A stretch of DNA of 64,000 bases from an uncultured Methanosarcinales archaeon (GCA_964577685.1 CAZNZT010000003.1:11083-75082), one strand, 5' to 3'; shown: positions 36,316 through 44,826, counted from the first letter of the stretch. The notes: generated by a model not told the origin, from the letters alone. Program-made: numbers and translations.

Positions 36316-37737
36316 TTATACCTTCTTTCTCATTGAGAGTAAGATTACTAATAATATCACTACTAAAATAAATGCTATTATTACTGCTCCGATTAGTATA
36401 TATAGGAATGTATTAGATTCCAAGAATGATTCTTCTGTTGTCAGTGCTATTGGTGTTGTTATTATCTCTGGTTGCTCTTCTTCTGGTGATTCTTCTGATG
36501 GTCTTTCTTCTGTTGTTGTTACAATTACTTCCTCTTCTGGTGGTGCTTCTTCCTCTGGTGGTGCTTCCTCTTCTGCCTCTTCGCATTTCTCTACAACTAG
36601 GTTGATTGTCTTTATGTCTGATAATATATCAGAGTCATAATATGCCTTTATTGTTATTGGGTATGTTCCTTCTTTTACATTTTCGTCAATTGTGAAAGGA
36701 TAAACCTTGCTGAATTCTGTATCATCACCAGTTCCTTCTTCTATTTCAGGTATTGAGGTGTCTTCTTCTTGGATTTTTAGGTTACTGTTTAGTATTTCTA
36801 TAGCAACTTCATCTTCGTCTGTTCTACCAAAATTCTTTAGGTCAACTCTTATGTTTATGTTCCTGTCACAATCTATAGTAGATGGCGTTACAACTGCCTT
36901 TGTTATCTTTATGTCATGTTTGTCTTTCTCTAACTCTAATGTTAAATCCCATTCAACTTTGTGTTTTGCATTATTTTCGTCCTCTCCTTCTGCTATAATC
37001 TCAATATCATACTCCCCATCTTCTACATCTTCTGGTATTTCAAAATCAATGCTGAAGCTTTCTTTGTCATCAGCTCTTATATCGCCTATATCCTCGCTTT
37101 CTTCTAAGTCATCGCCATCATCTATATCTTTTATGGTGATTGTTACCTCTACATCCTCAATGTCAATGTCTTCGTCATCTGTGAATAGGTTTTCTACTTC
37201 TCCTGAGATTGTGAGCTTGCTTCCTGGTTTGACATCCCTTATCTTGTCTCCTGGGTCTAGTGATGAGGTGTCTCCATCTACTTTTGATTTTACTCTCTTT
37301 AGATATAGTTGTGATACTGCAATTATATTAATGCTTGTTGAATTGAGTATTGTTGAGTCAGATAAGACATTAATGGTTCCAGTGTGGCTTGTTCCTTTCT
37401 CTTCGTCTTCTCCGATTCTTTTTGTTGTTATGTCTGTTGGTACTGTTCCATTTATGCTTATTGTCCTAGAATCCCCCGTGTTTAGTGTAAGGCTTGAGGG
37501 GTTTATTGTGATTCCGAAGTTTCCTAGCTCTGTAGAATCTAGTCTTATTGTCAGGGTGAGGTTTTCATCACCTGTGTTTGTTATTGTGAATGTTGTTTGA
37601 AAGCTTTTGGATGGTTTTTCTTCTATTGTTGGTATTGTTGAGATGCTTATGCTTTTTGTTGCATTAACATTCATTGCTAGCAGCAATATCAAAAATAGAC
37701 TTAACACAAGTATCTTTTTCATTTTGTTTACCCCCAT
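36316..37737 (-). CDS. cell-surface protein with the same acidic C-terminal module and TM anchor
   Basis: Signal peptide MKKILVLSLFLILLLAMNVNA. The module DIEDVEVTITIKDIDDGDDLEESEDIGDIRADDKESFSIDF...EGTYPITIKAYYD is paralogous to the neighbour. EEAPPEEEAPPEEE linker and C-terminal TM. Confidence 0.8.
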   Translation of the reverse strand: MGVNKMKKILVLSLFLILLLAMNVNATKSISISTIPTIEEKPSKSFQTTFTITNTGDENLTLTIRLDSTELGNFGITINPSSLTLNTGDSRTISINGTVPTDITTKRIGEDEEKGTSHTGTINVLSDSTILNSTSINIIAVSQLYLKRVKSKVDGDTSSLDPGDKIRDVKPGSKLTISGEVENLFTDDEDIDIEDVEVTITIKDIDDGDDLEESEDIGDIRADDKESFSIDFEIPEDVEDGEYDIEIIAEGEDENNAKHKVEWDLTLELEKDKHDIKITKAVVTPSTIDCDRNINIRVDLKNFGRTDEDEVAIEILNSNLKIQEEDTSIPEIEEGTGDDTEFSKVYPFTIDENVKEGTYPITIKAYYDSDILSDIKTINLVVEKCEEAEEEAPPEEEAPPEEEVIVTTTEERPSEESPEEEQPEIITTPIALTTEESFLESNTFLYILIGAVIIAFILVVILLVILLSMRKKV

Positions 37738-37820
37738 AAGTTTATTGTTATTTTAGAGTGGTATCATTTTATATTTAAATATTATTATACTAGAATATAT
37801 ATAATAAAGTATATATTAAA

Positions 37821-38171
37821 TTAGCTGTTTTTGTTCACATCAAAAATCTTGCTGAGACTTACCTTTTTTTCAGCAGAGTAATCTAGCTTTTTCTTTTCTT
37901 TTTCTTGCTCCTTTTCTGTTGTGGTGGTTGAGAATACCTCTTCTTTCTTTAGTTTTTCTTCCTCTGTTTTTTTCTCTGGCTTTTCTTCTTTCTTTTCAAT
38001 CTCTGTGAGTGTTACTTGTGTTTCATCTATTTTTTTTGGTTCTTCTGTTTTTTCTTCCCCCTTTTTTTCAAGCATCTGTTTTGCTCTCTTTATTGCATCC
38101 TGTATAGAAGCAGCTAATCCAGATTTCTTTAATGTTTCAGCAAGGTTTTTTATATCTTCCGCAGTTGCCAT
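37821..38171 (-). CDS. K/E-rich hypothetical protein
   Basis: 116 aa. Short helical N-terminus (MATAEDIKNLAETLKKSGLAASIQDAIKRAKQ), then low complexity. No family recognised. Confidence 0.4.
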   Translation of the reverse strand: MATAEDIKNLAETLKKSGLAASIQDAIKRAKQMLEKKGEEKTEEPKKIDETQVTLTEIEKKEEKPEKKTEEEKLKKEEVFSTTTTEKEQEKEKKKLDYSAEKKVSLSKIFDVNKNS

Positions 38172-38268
38172 TTTTCCCTTAAAAAAACAGATTATTATTT
38201 AAGGTTTTTGATTTTTTTGCTTTGTTTTAGAAAAGATTTAATAAATCTATTTACATCCTTCCTTAAAG

Positions 38269-39069
38269 ATGAGGATTCAATTAAAACTTAAAGTAGCAAA
38301 GGAGTTTTCTTATGATAGAGAATATCATTCAAAGTTTCAGGGCTTTATTTATAAGCAGCTTATTGATACTCCTTACAGATTTTTACATGAAAAGAAAGGT
38401 TGCAAATTTTTTTGCTTTTCAAATATTTTTCCTTTAAGAATTGGAAAAAATAAGAAAATAGAGACATTTAAAGAAGGGCAAACAAAGTTCTGGCTTATTT
38501 CAAGTCCAGATTCTGGCTTTATTTATGTTTTGCGGGAAAGGTTAGAAAAAATTAAAGATGAAAATAAACTGATAAATCTTGGGGAGATGCAATTTTATTT
38601 GGAAGAACCTAAACTTGTTGATTTGAGGATGGGGAGAAAAAACCTGACAATAAAAACAGAAACCCCAATAGTTTTAAGGATAGGCAGGAAGACATATAGG
38701 AGATATGGAGTTAAACCATCAAAAGATTATGAATATTTATTTTGGCGTCCAAAATGGCCTTTTGAATTATTTATAGAACCTTTAACAAATAATCTTCTCA
38801 ATAAATATAGGGATTTTTACCAATTAAAGGAAAAAGAATTTAATGAGTTAAAAAATAAAGTCTTGCCTTTATTTCAGAGATTGGAGTTTAAGGATACACT
38901 AGTTAATCATGTTGTCATTAATGGCAAGGAACAAAGGTTTTTCGGTTCCTTATGGAAGTTTCATTTTGACTGGCTTAATAATGAGCAGAAAAAATTGCTT
39001 GGGTTTGCTCTTGATTGTGGCTTTGGAGAGAAAAATAGTTATGGTTTTGGGTTTGTGAATATTAGATAG
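38269..39069 (+). CDS. cas6: CRISPR endoribonuclease Cas6
   Basis: 266 aa with a two-RAMP layout and the C-terminal glycine-rich loop GFGEKNSYGFGFV. Confidence 0.85.
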   Translation: MRIQLKLKVAKEFSYDREYHSKFQGFIYKQLIDTPYRFLHEKKGCKFFCFSNIFPLRIGKNKKIETFKEGQTKFWLISSPDSGFIYVLRERLEKIKDENKLINLGEMQFYLEEPKLVDLRMGRKNLTIKTETPIVLRIGRKTYRRYGVKPSKDYEYLFWRPKWPFELFIEPLTNNLLNKYRDFYQLKEKEFNELKNKVLPLFQRLEFKDTLVNHVVINGKEQRFFGSLWKFHFDWLNNEQKKLLGFALDCGFGEKNSYGFGFVNIR

Positions 39070-39082
39070 TTATATACCAAAT

Positions 39083-39178
39083 GTTAAAAAAATTTAACAC
39101 CTGTAAAAAATAATTAACAAACCGATAAATTTAAATACTAATGTTAATAATAATTAACAGATGTTAGAAATAATTAAC
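39083..39178. promoter_or_regulatory. four phased GTTAA-N6-TTAAC-type palindromes in front of and over the start of the wHTH-NTase gene
   Basis: Perfect sites at 39083-39098 and 39143-39158. One-mismatch sites at 39103-39118 (GTAAA) and 39163-39178 (GTTAG, overlapping ATG 39161). Spacing 20/40/20 bp. Confidence 0.55.
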
Positions 39179-39673
39179 AACCTAAAACCTTTTTTTGAAG
39201 ATTGCTATAGAAGAATTCATGTAAGAGAGTATGCGAGAATTATAAGAATAAGCCCGCCAACTGCTTCAAAATTATTAGGTAAAATGCACAAAAAGGGGTT
39301 ATTAAAAAAAGAAGTTGGAAAACAATACTTATTATATTATGCTAATAAAGATTCTGAGCTGTTTGTTGATTTATCAAGAATCTACTGGAAATTAAAATTA
39401 AAATCCTCGGGATTGTTGGATTCTATAGAAGAGAACTTCCTCTCTCCAATAGTAATTCTTTTTGGTTCCCTTTCTAAAGCTGAGGCAAAAAAAGATTCTG
39501 ATATAGATTTGGCTATATTTACTATAACTAAAAAGAAAATAGAGTTGTTGAGATATGAAAAAAAATTAAAAAGAAACATTCAGTTATTTATCTTTAAAAG
39601 TATAGAGAATGTGAAAAATAAAGAATTGCTTAATAACATTCTAAATGGTTATAAAATTATGGGAGAATTTTAA
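39161..39673 (+). CDS. wHTH-fused minimal nucleotidyltransferase (MNT-type)
   Basis: N-terminal wHTH (REYARIIRISPPTASKLLGKMHKKGLL). NTase motif ILFGSLSKAEAKKDSDIDLAIF. Confidence 0.8.
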   Translation: MLEIINNLKPFFEDCYRRIHVREYARIIRISPPTASKLLGKMHKKGLLKKEVGKQYLLYYANKDSELFVDLSRIYWKLKLKSSGLLDSIEENFLSPIVILFGSLSKAEAKKDSDIDLAIFTITKKKIELLRYEKKLKRNIQLFIFKSIENVKNKELLNNILNGYKIMGEF

Positions 39674-39674
39674 A

Positions 39675-40079
39675 ATGGATTGGGAAGAGTGTGTAAAGAA
39701 AAGAATAGTAAAAGATGTAAAAAAAGATAAAAACTTAATGGGATCAATAAAAGAAATCGCAGAAATAAAGATAAAGTCAGCTAAAATATTGCCAAAACAC
39801 TTAGTTGTAAGTAAAATAACTCTATTGTATGATGCTTTAAGAGGCTATTTAGAAGCATTAACTTTAGAAAATGGATATAAGATTTATAATCATGAATGTT
39901 ATGCTGCTTTTTTAAAAGAAATTTTGAACAAACCAAAAGAAGCTGAAGAATTTAATAAATTAAGGAAAATCAGAAATGCTATTAATTATTATGGAAGAAA
40001 GGTAAACAAAGAAGAAGCAGAAGAAATTATAAAAAACCTATTGCATTTAATTGAAAAAATAAAAAACTTGATAGATTAA
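39675..40079 (+). CDS. HEPN-domain protein (partner of the MNT)
   Basis: All-helical, about 134 aa. Motif LRKIRNAINYYG. ATG at 39675, 2 nt after the MNT stop. Confidence 0.7.
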   Translation: MDWEECVKKRIVKDVKKDKNLMGSIKEIAEIKIKSAKILPKHLVVSKITLLYDALRGYLEALTLENGYKIYNHECYAAFLKEILNKPKEAEEFNKLRKIRNAINYYGRKVNKEEAEEIIKNLLHLIEKIKNLID

Positions 40080-40111
40080 TGGGAATGAAAGTTAAAAAGA
40101 CCACTTTATAA

Positions 40112-40345
40112 ATGAAATTTGAATTTCATTATGATAAGGAAGATGATATTCTTGTTATTTATAGTCTTAATTCTAAATATCAAGAGAGCATTGAATATGA
40201 TGAAAAGTTGGTTATAGATTTAGATAAAGATGGTAAAGTTATAGGAATAGGAATTTTTGATGCTTCAGAGTTTCTCCATGCTTTTAATGAGCTTGTCAAT
40301 AATAAATTTCTTGAAAATTTAGAAGAGGCTATATTAATAAATTAA
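40112..40345 (+). CDS. DUF2283-like small protein
   Basis: HYDKEDDILVIYSL...EKLVIDLDKDGKVIGIGIFDASEF fits the DUF2283 pattern (YD-x-E-x-D-x-L ... D-x-x-G-x-h-h-G-I-E-I). Confidence 0.55.
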   Translation: MKFEFHYDKEDDILVIYSLNSKYQESIEYDEKLVIDLDKDGKVIGIGIFDASEFLHAFNELVNNKFLENLEEAILIN

Positions 40346-40547
40346 TTGCCAGTAAATTAAAGAGCCATGGATAAAATTAGAAAAAGATATTCTTAATTAT
40401 TTCTATTTTATAAGGAGAGGGCTTTTATATTCGGTTTTTCTTATTAAAGGTATGGGCTGTTTAACAAAACCAACTTTAGATTTAAGGACAAGAATAAGAT
40501 ATATTTTGTTTCTAAATTCTTTATATTCTAAATAAGAATTAGATCTT

Positions 40548-40635
40548 GTTAATATTATTTGAACAAGTAAAAGGTTATTCATATTCGTTAACTGCATTTA
40601 ACGAAAAATTTATATATTCGTTAATTGTCCTTAAC
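40548..40635. promoter_or_regulatory. GTTAA-N6-TTAAC palindromes upstream of the AAA-ATPase gene
   Basis: Perfect, extended TTCGTTAA-ctgcat-TTAACGAA at 40584-40605. Perfect GTTAA-ttgtcc-TTAAC at 40620-40635, ending 5 nt before ATG 40640. Degenerate GTTAA-tattat-TTGAAC at 40548-40564. Confidence 0.5.
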
Positions 40636-40639
40636 ATAT

Positions 40640-41875
40640 ATGAAATTAGAAATTTTGAATCACTGGTGGAAAGAAAGAAGAGTTAGAAAAGAATTTATAC
40701 CTGAAATCAAAAGAAATTTGTTTTATGAGTTGATTCCTTATTTAAATAAGAAGCAAATAATATCGTTGGTTGGTTTAAGAAGGGTTGGAAAAACTACTAT
40801 GCTTTATCAGTTAATTCAATATTTAATAGAAAAGGGAGTTGACCCTTTTCATATACTTTATTTTTCTTTTGATGAAGAGAAAGAGGATTTGGATGAAATA
40901 TTAGGGTATTATGAGAAAGAGATACTCAAGAAAAATCTCGCAAAAGAAAGGGTTTTTCTTTTTCTTGACGAAATCCAAAAATTAGAAAAATGGCAAGATA
41001 AACTTAAATTTTTATACGATACCCATCCTAAGATGAAAATAATTATTTCTGGTTCAGCATCTATTGATTTAATTTTTCACGGCAAAGAAACACTTGCAGG
41101 AAGAATATTTTACTTTTACCTTGATTTATTAAGCTTTGATGAATTTTTGAAATTTAAAAATGTCTCTATAGAGAAAATTAAAAAAAGGCCAGAATTATGG
41201 AGAGAAGAAATTGAAACATTAGTTAGAGAATATTTAGAAAAACCTTTTCCAGAAATAGTGAATGCTTCTGGAATATTTGTAAAAAAATATTTGAAAGAGG
41301 GTATAGTTGACAGAGTTATAATAAAAGATATTAAAGAACTGTTTGAAATAAGAGGATTTGAGGTTTTGGAAAAATTGATTAAACTTATTTTTCTTAATCC
41401 TGGCTTGATTATGAATCTCGAACAATTTTCCAAAGAATTGGGAATAAGCAGACAAGCTCTAAGCAATTATCTTTACTACTTAGAAACTACATATCTCATT
41501 AGATCTGCAGGAAATTTTAGAGGTTCAATTAGGGCATCTTCAAGAAAATTAAGGAAATACTATCCTGTCCATCCTTGTTTTAGTTTGGCTTTTAACTGTG
41601 AAGACAAAGGAAAGTTCATAGAGAATTTAGTTTTATTTTTAACTAAAGCCAAGTATTATTGGAGGGAAAAGGAAAAGGAAGTAGATTTTGTTCTTGAAAA
41701 CATAACTCCCGTAGAAGTAAAATTCAAGAAAGAAATAAAAAGACAGGACTTTAAATATCTTGAATATTTTATGAAAAAATTTAAATGCAAGAAAGCTTTA
41801 ATGATTAGTAAAAATACAGAAACAAAAAAAGGAAAAATTAAAATTATCCCATTATGGAAATTCATACTAAAATGA
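40640..41875 (+). CDS. AAA-type ATPase with a C-terminal PD-(D/E)xK-like domain (AAA_14/DUF4143-type)
   Basis: Walker A GLRRVGKTT. Walker B FLFLDEIQ. C-terminal EVDFVLENITPVEVKFKKE nuclease-like motif. ATG at 40640 preferred over the TTG at 40625. Confidence 0.8.
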   Translation: MKLEILNHWWKERRVRKEFIPEIKRNLFYELIPYLNKKQIISLVGLRRVGKTTMLYQLIQYLIEKGVDPFHILYFSFDEEKEDLDEILGYYEKEILKKNLAKERVFLFLDEIQKLEKWQDKLKFLYDTHPKMKIIISGSASIDLIFHGKETLAGRIFYFYLDLLSFDEFLKFKNVSIEKIKKRPELWREEIETLVREYLEKPFPEIVNASGIFVKKYLKEGIVDRVIIKDIKELFEIRGFEVLEKLIKLIFLNPGLIMNLEQFSKELGISRQALSNYLYYLETTYLIRSAGNFRGSIRASSRKLRKYYPVHPCFSLAFNCEDKGKFIENLVLFLTKAKYYWREKEKEVDFVLENITPVEVKFKKEIKRQDFKYLEYFMKKFKCKKALMISKNTETKKGKIKIIPLWKFILK

Positions 41876-41949
41876 AATTAAAATTCACAGGAAATTGGTT
41901 TATTGATGCTGGTATTTTGGGGTTTGTGAGGTTGATGGAGGAGGTGTGA
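41872..41949 (+). CDS. 25-aa ORF resembling a Cas8b N-terminus
   Basis: MKLKFTGNWFIDAGILGFVRLMEEV-stop. ATGA overlap with the ATPase stop. The TGNWFIDAGILGF motif resembles N-termini I recall for Cas8a/b large subunits. The frame differs by +1 from the following ORF. Confidence 0.35.
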   Translation: MKLKFTGNWFIDAGILGFVRLMEEV

Positions 41950-41950
41950 G

Positions 41951-43765
41951 ATGATAAAGGAGGCAGTTCAATTTGTTAAAGAAGTAGAAGAAAGCGGGAT
42001 TTTAAAAGATTTTGAAGTTGATTTTTCGAAGAAGAAATTTATAATTATAGAAACTGAAAAGAAAAGTGAGCATATCAAATACAAGAATGCTCTTTTTTTT
42101 GAAGGAGATAAGATAAGAGAATGGCTAAATGTTCACAACCATTATGAAGAATTTTTTAAAAACCTTGACAATTTTATTTTTCCAAAAGAAATCGGTGGCA
42201 ACAAAGCATTAGGTGGAAGGAGAGGTCTCCTGACGTTTGTTCCATTCGCTTTTCAATTTAGAGATGAAATTATAAATTCACTATTAAAAAGGAAAGAAGA
42301 CAAAAGGAATATCAATAAAAAAGTGGATAATACTTATAAAGCATTTTCTTCTATTTCAAACAGATACAAAATACTTAATAATATTAAAGATAGAGAGGAC
42401 TTAATTTCAAAGATTAAAAATATTTATGAAATTTTTTTTAAAAAAATCAAAGAAAAATTTACAAGTGAGAATTTAAAAGAAAAATATATAAATTCATATG
42501 TAATTATTCAATTAGATAAAGATACCTTTTCTAAATTGTTTGCGTGGAGTAGAGAGTACATTAAAATAAAAAAGAGTGAAGCTAAACAAAGTGCTAAAAA
42601 GTTTCAAGGAGAGTGTGCTATATGCAAAAAGAAAAGAAAAATCTCTTATTCTTCGTTCTTTTCAAGTTGGGATGTAGATAAAATTTACTTCAATCATAAA
42701 ACAAGGATAAAAGAAAAACCATTATTTATATGTTCAGAATGCCAACTAAAACTAAAAGATTTCCAAAACATCTTAAAAAGATTTAAAATAAAAATTTTTC
42801 CTCTTTTTATTGATTCTTCTTTTCGTGAAAAAGAAATAAAACTTTTAAATAGTAAGACTAAAAACATCTTTTCTTATATTTTTGAACAATTAAAGGAAGA
42901 GACCTCAAATATGGATTTTTATCTTGTTGTGAATAGCGGGGGAATTGTTTTCTTTGATTATGTAACTAATTACAGATGGCTTTTAGGAAATTATTTTTTC
43001 TTTTTTGATTTTAAAGAAGAAAATAGGCAATATAGGAAGGGAGAGATAATTTCTAACGTATCCAGACAATTTATAGAAAAAAAGGTTGCTCAGCTTCTTG
43101 ACAACAAAGACAATGTTAAGTATTTTGGTGAATTGAAAGGAAAAGATAATGAATCTTTAACTAAAGAGTATCAAATACGACAAAAAATTTTTGATTTCAT
43201 TTACAGAAGTAAAAATTACTTAACTAAAAAAGATATAGAAAATTTAGTGATTTTTAAAATAGAAAAAGACATCAAAGACCCTAAAAAGAAAGATAGTCTT
43301 ATAAGGGTGAATTCCAAAAAATATTTAAATTTCCTTTTCAATTATCACTTAATAGGAGGGTTTGAGATGAATGAAAAGAGCATAATCTTAAATAAAGTGA
43401 AAGATATGAAAGAAGTTTTAAATTCTGGAGATTATGATAAATTCGATATTAGAGATAGTGAAGAATGGGCCTATTGGGTTGGGCAACTTGCTTATTATTT
43501 GGCGTATCAATCAAAATCTCAAAATAAAAATTACGCTTTGATAGAGCCATTTATAAATCGTTCAACTACAAAACTTATAAAGAAAACATTAAATGAGTTT
43601 TTTGAGAAATTTAAGCATGCAATAAATATGCAAAATAAGAAATTTTCAGTAGTATCTTCTAAGGTTTCTGATTATCTAATACAAAAATCTTTTATAGATT
43701 TAAAAATTTATTTTTACACAGGAGTTTTTGATGATAATATCTTTTTAAAGAAAAAGGAGGTATAA
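41951..43765 (+). CDS. cas8b: type I-B large subunit Cas8b (Cst1-like, CXXC-CXXC)
   Basis: 604 aa. CAICKKK...ICSECQ double CXXC. Sits directly upstream of cas7-cas5-cas3. GGAGGAGGTG RBS upstream. Confidence 0.75.
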   Translation: MIKEAVQFVKEVEESGILKDFEVDFSKKKFIIIETEKKSEHIKYKNALFFEGDKIREWLNVHNHYEEFFKNLDNFIFPKEIGGNKALGGRRGLLTFVPFAFQFRDEIINSLLKRKEDKRNINKKVDNTYKAFSSISNRYKILNNIKDREDLISKIKNIYEIFFKKIKEKFTSENLKEKYINSYVIIQLDKDTFSKLFAWSREYIKIKKSEAKQSAKKFQGECAICKKKRKISYSSFFSSWDVDKIYFNHKTRIKEKPLFICSECQLKLKDFQNILKRFKIKIFPLFIDSSFREKEIKLLNSKTKNIFSYIFEQLKEETSNMDFYLVVNSGGIVFFDYVTNYRWLLGNYFFFFDFKEENRQYRKGEIISNVSRQFIEKKVAQLLDNKDNVKYFGELKGKDNESLTKEYQIRQKIFDFIYRSKNYLTKKDIENLVIFKIEKDIKDPKKKDSLIRVNSKKYLNFLFNYHLIGGFEMNEKSIILNKVKDMKEVLNSGDYDKFDIRDSEEWAYWVGQLAYYLAYQSKSQNKNYALIEPFINRSTTKLIKKTLNEFFEKFKHAINMQNKKFSVVSSKVSDYLIQKSFIDLKIYFYTGVFDDNIFLKKKEV

Positions 43766-43770
43766 ATAAC

Positions 43771-44826
43771 ATGACAGAACCGAAACCTTACACAAAATTT
43801 GCACAAGGGATTTTTATTGTCAAATCTAAGAACAGCGCCTTTAATAGCGACTTCAGCGGATTACCGAGAAGACTACCGGATGAAAATGGAACTATTTACG
43901 CTACAGATAAAGCATTGAAATATTGTATTAGGAAATACTTACTTGATAAAGGAGAATTGGTTTTTGTGTGGAGAAGATACGGAGAGAGTGGTGATCCTAT
44001 TTCTCTTGAAGAAAATTATAAGAAATTTATTGAATTATTAAAAGAGAAAGAAGAAATAGATAAAAATTATAAAGTTGATGATAAAGAAAAAAATAGTGCC
44101 ATAATTACAAATCTTTTAAAAGCTATTGATATTAAATTATTTGGAGTTACATTTGCTAAAAAATCCAAGAAAAAAGAAGAACAAAGAAATTTATCCATCA
44201 CAGGACCAGTTCAATTATCTTATGGAGTTAATAAATTAAATGAGAATACATTTTACAATAATGATATTCTTTCACCATATATTACTGAAGAAGAAAAAAA
44301 GCAGTCTACGATAGGAAATGAAACAAAAACTCTCGAAGCTCATTATGTTTATGATTTTGTTATAAATCCAAATAATCTCATTGATGATTTAGAATTTTTA
44401 GATAAAGAAGAAAGAGAAAAGTTAATATTAACAGAAGATGATGTGGATAAATTTAAAGAAGCTATCTGTAAAGGGGTAAACTATGTAAATTCTACCACAA
44501 AAATAGGATCTGAAGGAGAACTTCTTCTCTTTGTAGAGTTAAAAACTGAAGAAGATAAAGAGAGTAAAAAATTAGAAGGAACCTTTTTGCCTCTTTTAAA
44601 AGATTTAGTTAAAATAGAAGAAGAGAATAATCGAACTAAGATTGATTTAACAGAAGTTTTTAACGTCTTAAATGGATATAGCGATCAGGTAGAAAAAATT
44701 GAAATTTATTATAACCCTTCTCTTTCTGAAATATTGGGAGTTCCGGAAGATGAGGGTGGATTAAATATAGAAAAATTTGATATAATTACTTTAGAAAAGA
44801 TTGACGAAAATCAAACATCTGCTTAA
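43771..44826 (+). CDS. cas7: type I-B Cas7 (Cst2/DevR-like)
   Basis: N-terminal FIVKSKNSAFNSDFSGLPRRLPDENGTIYATDKALKYCIRKYL is typical of Cas7. 351 aa. Confidence 0.85.
   Translation: MTEPKPYTKFAQGIFIVKSKNSAFNSDFSGLPRRLPDENGTIYATDKALKYCIRKYLLDKGELVFVWRRYGESGDPISLEENYKKFIELLKEKEEIDKNYKVDDKEKNSAIITNLLKAIDIKLFGVTFAKKSKKKEEQRNLSITGPVQLSYGVNKLNENTFYNNDILSPYITEEEKKQSTIGNETKTLEAHYVYDFVINPNNLIDDLEFLDKEEREKLILTEDDVDKFKEAICKGVNYVNSTTKIGSEGELLLFVELKTEEDKESKKLEGTFLPLLKDLVKIEEENNRTKIDLTEVFNVLNGYSDQVEKIEIYYNPSLSEILGVPEDEGGLNIEKFDIITLEKIDENQTSA

Noticed and set aside
32286-37600. Several plus-strand ORFs (111-297 aa, Ser-rich) inside the two surface-protein genes.
   Set aside because: They are shadow ORFs on the opposite strand of long D/E/T-rich genes. 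Their products are low-complexity S/F/I strings with no motifs.
40515-40545. The stretch attctaaataagaattagatc loosely resembles the CRISPR repeat start attcaaatagaactatag; I considered an orphan or degenerate repeat.
   Set aside because: The match needs two indels and several mismatches in AT-rich DNA. There is no second copy and no spacer-like periodicity.
40403-40597. 64-aa minus-strand ORF in the 290-bp gap between the DUF2283 gene and the ATPase gene.
   Set aside because: It has no RBS and odd composition. It overlaps the palindromic operator-like sites and runs against the otherwise unidirectional locus.
41936-41953. prfB-like programmed +1 frameshift joining the Cas8b micro-ORF to the main ORF: an SD-like GGAGGAGGTG directly before an in-frame TGA, with the +1 frame open.
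   Set aside because: The P-site codon GTG cannot re-pair in the +1 frame (TGT). The same SD-like element is at ideal distance for independent initiation at ATG 41951, which is the simpler reading. I kept it only as a remark within the split-cas8b finding.
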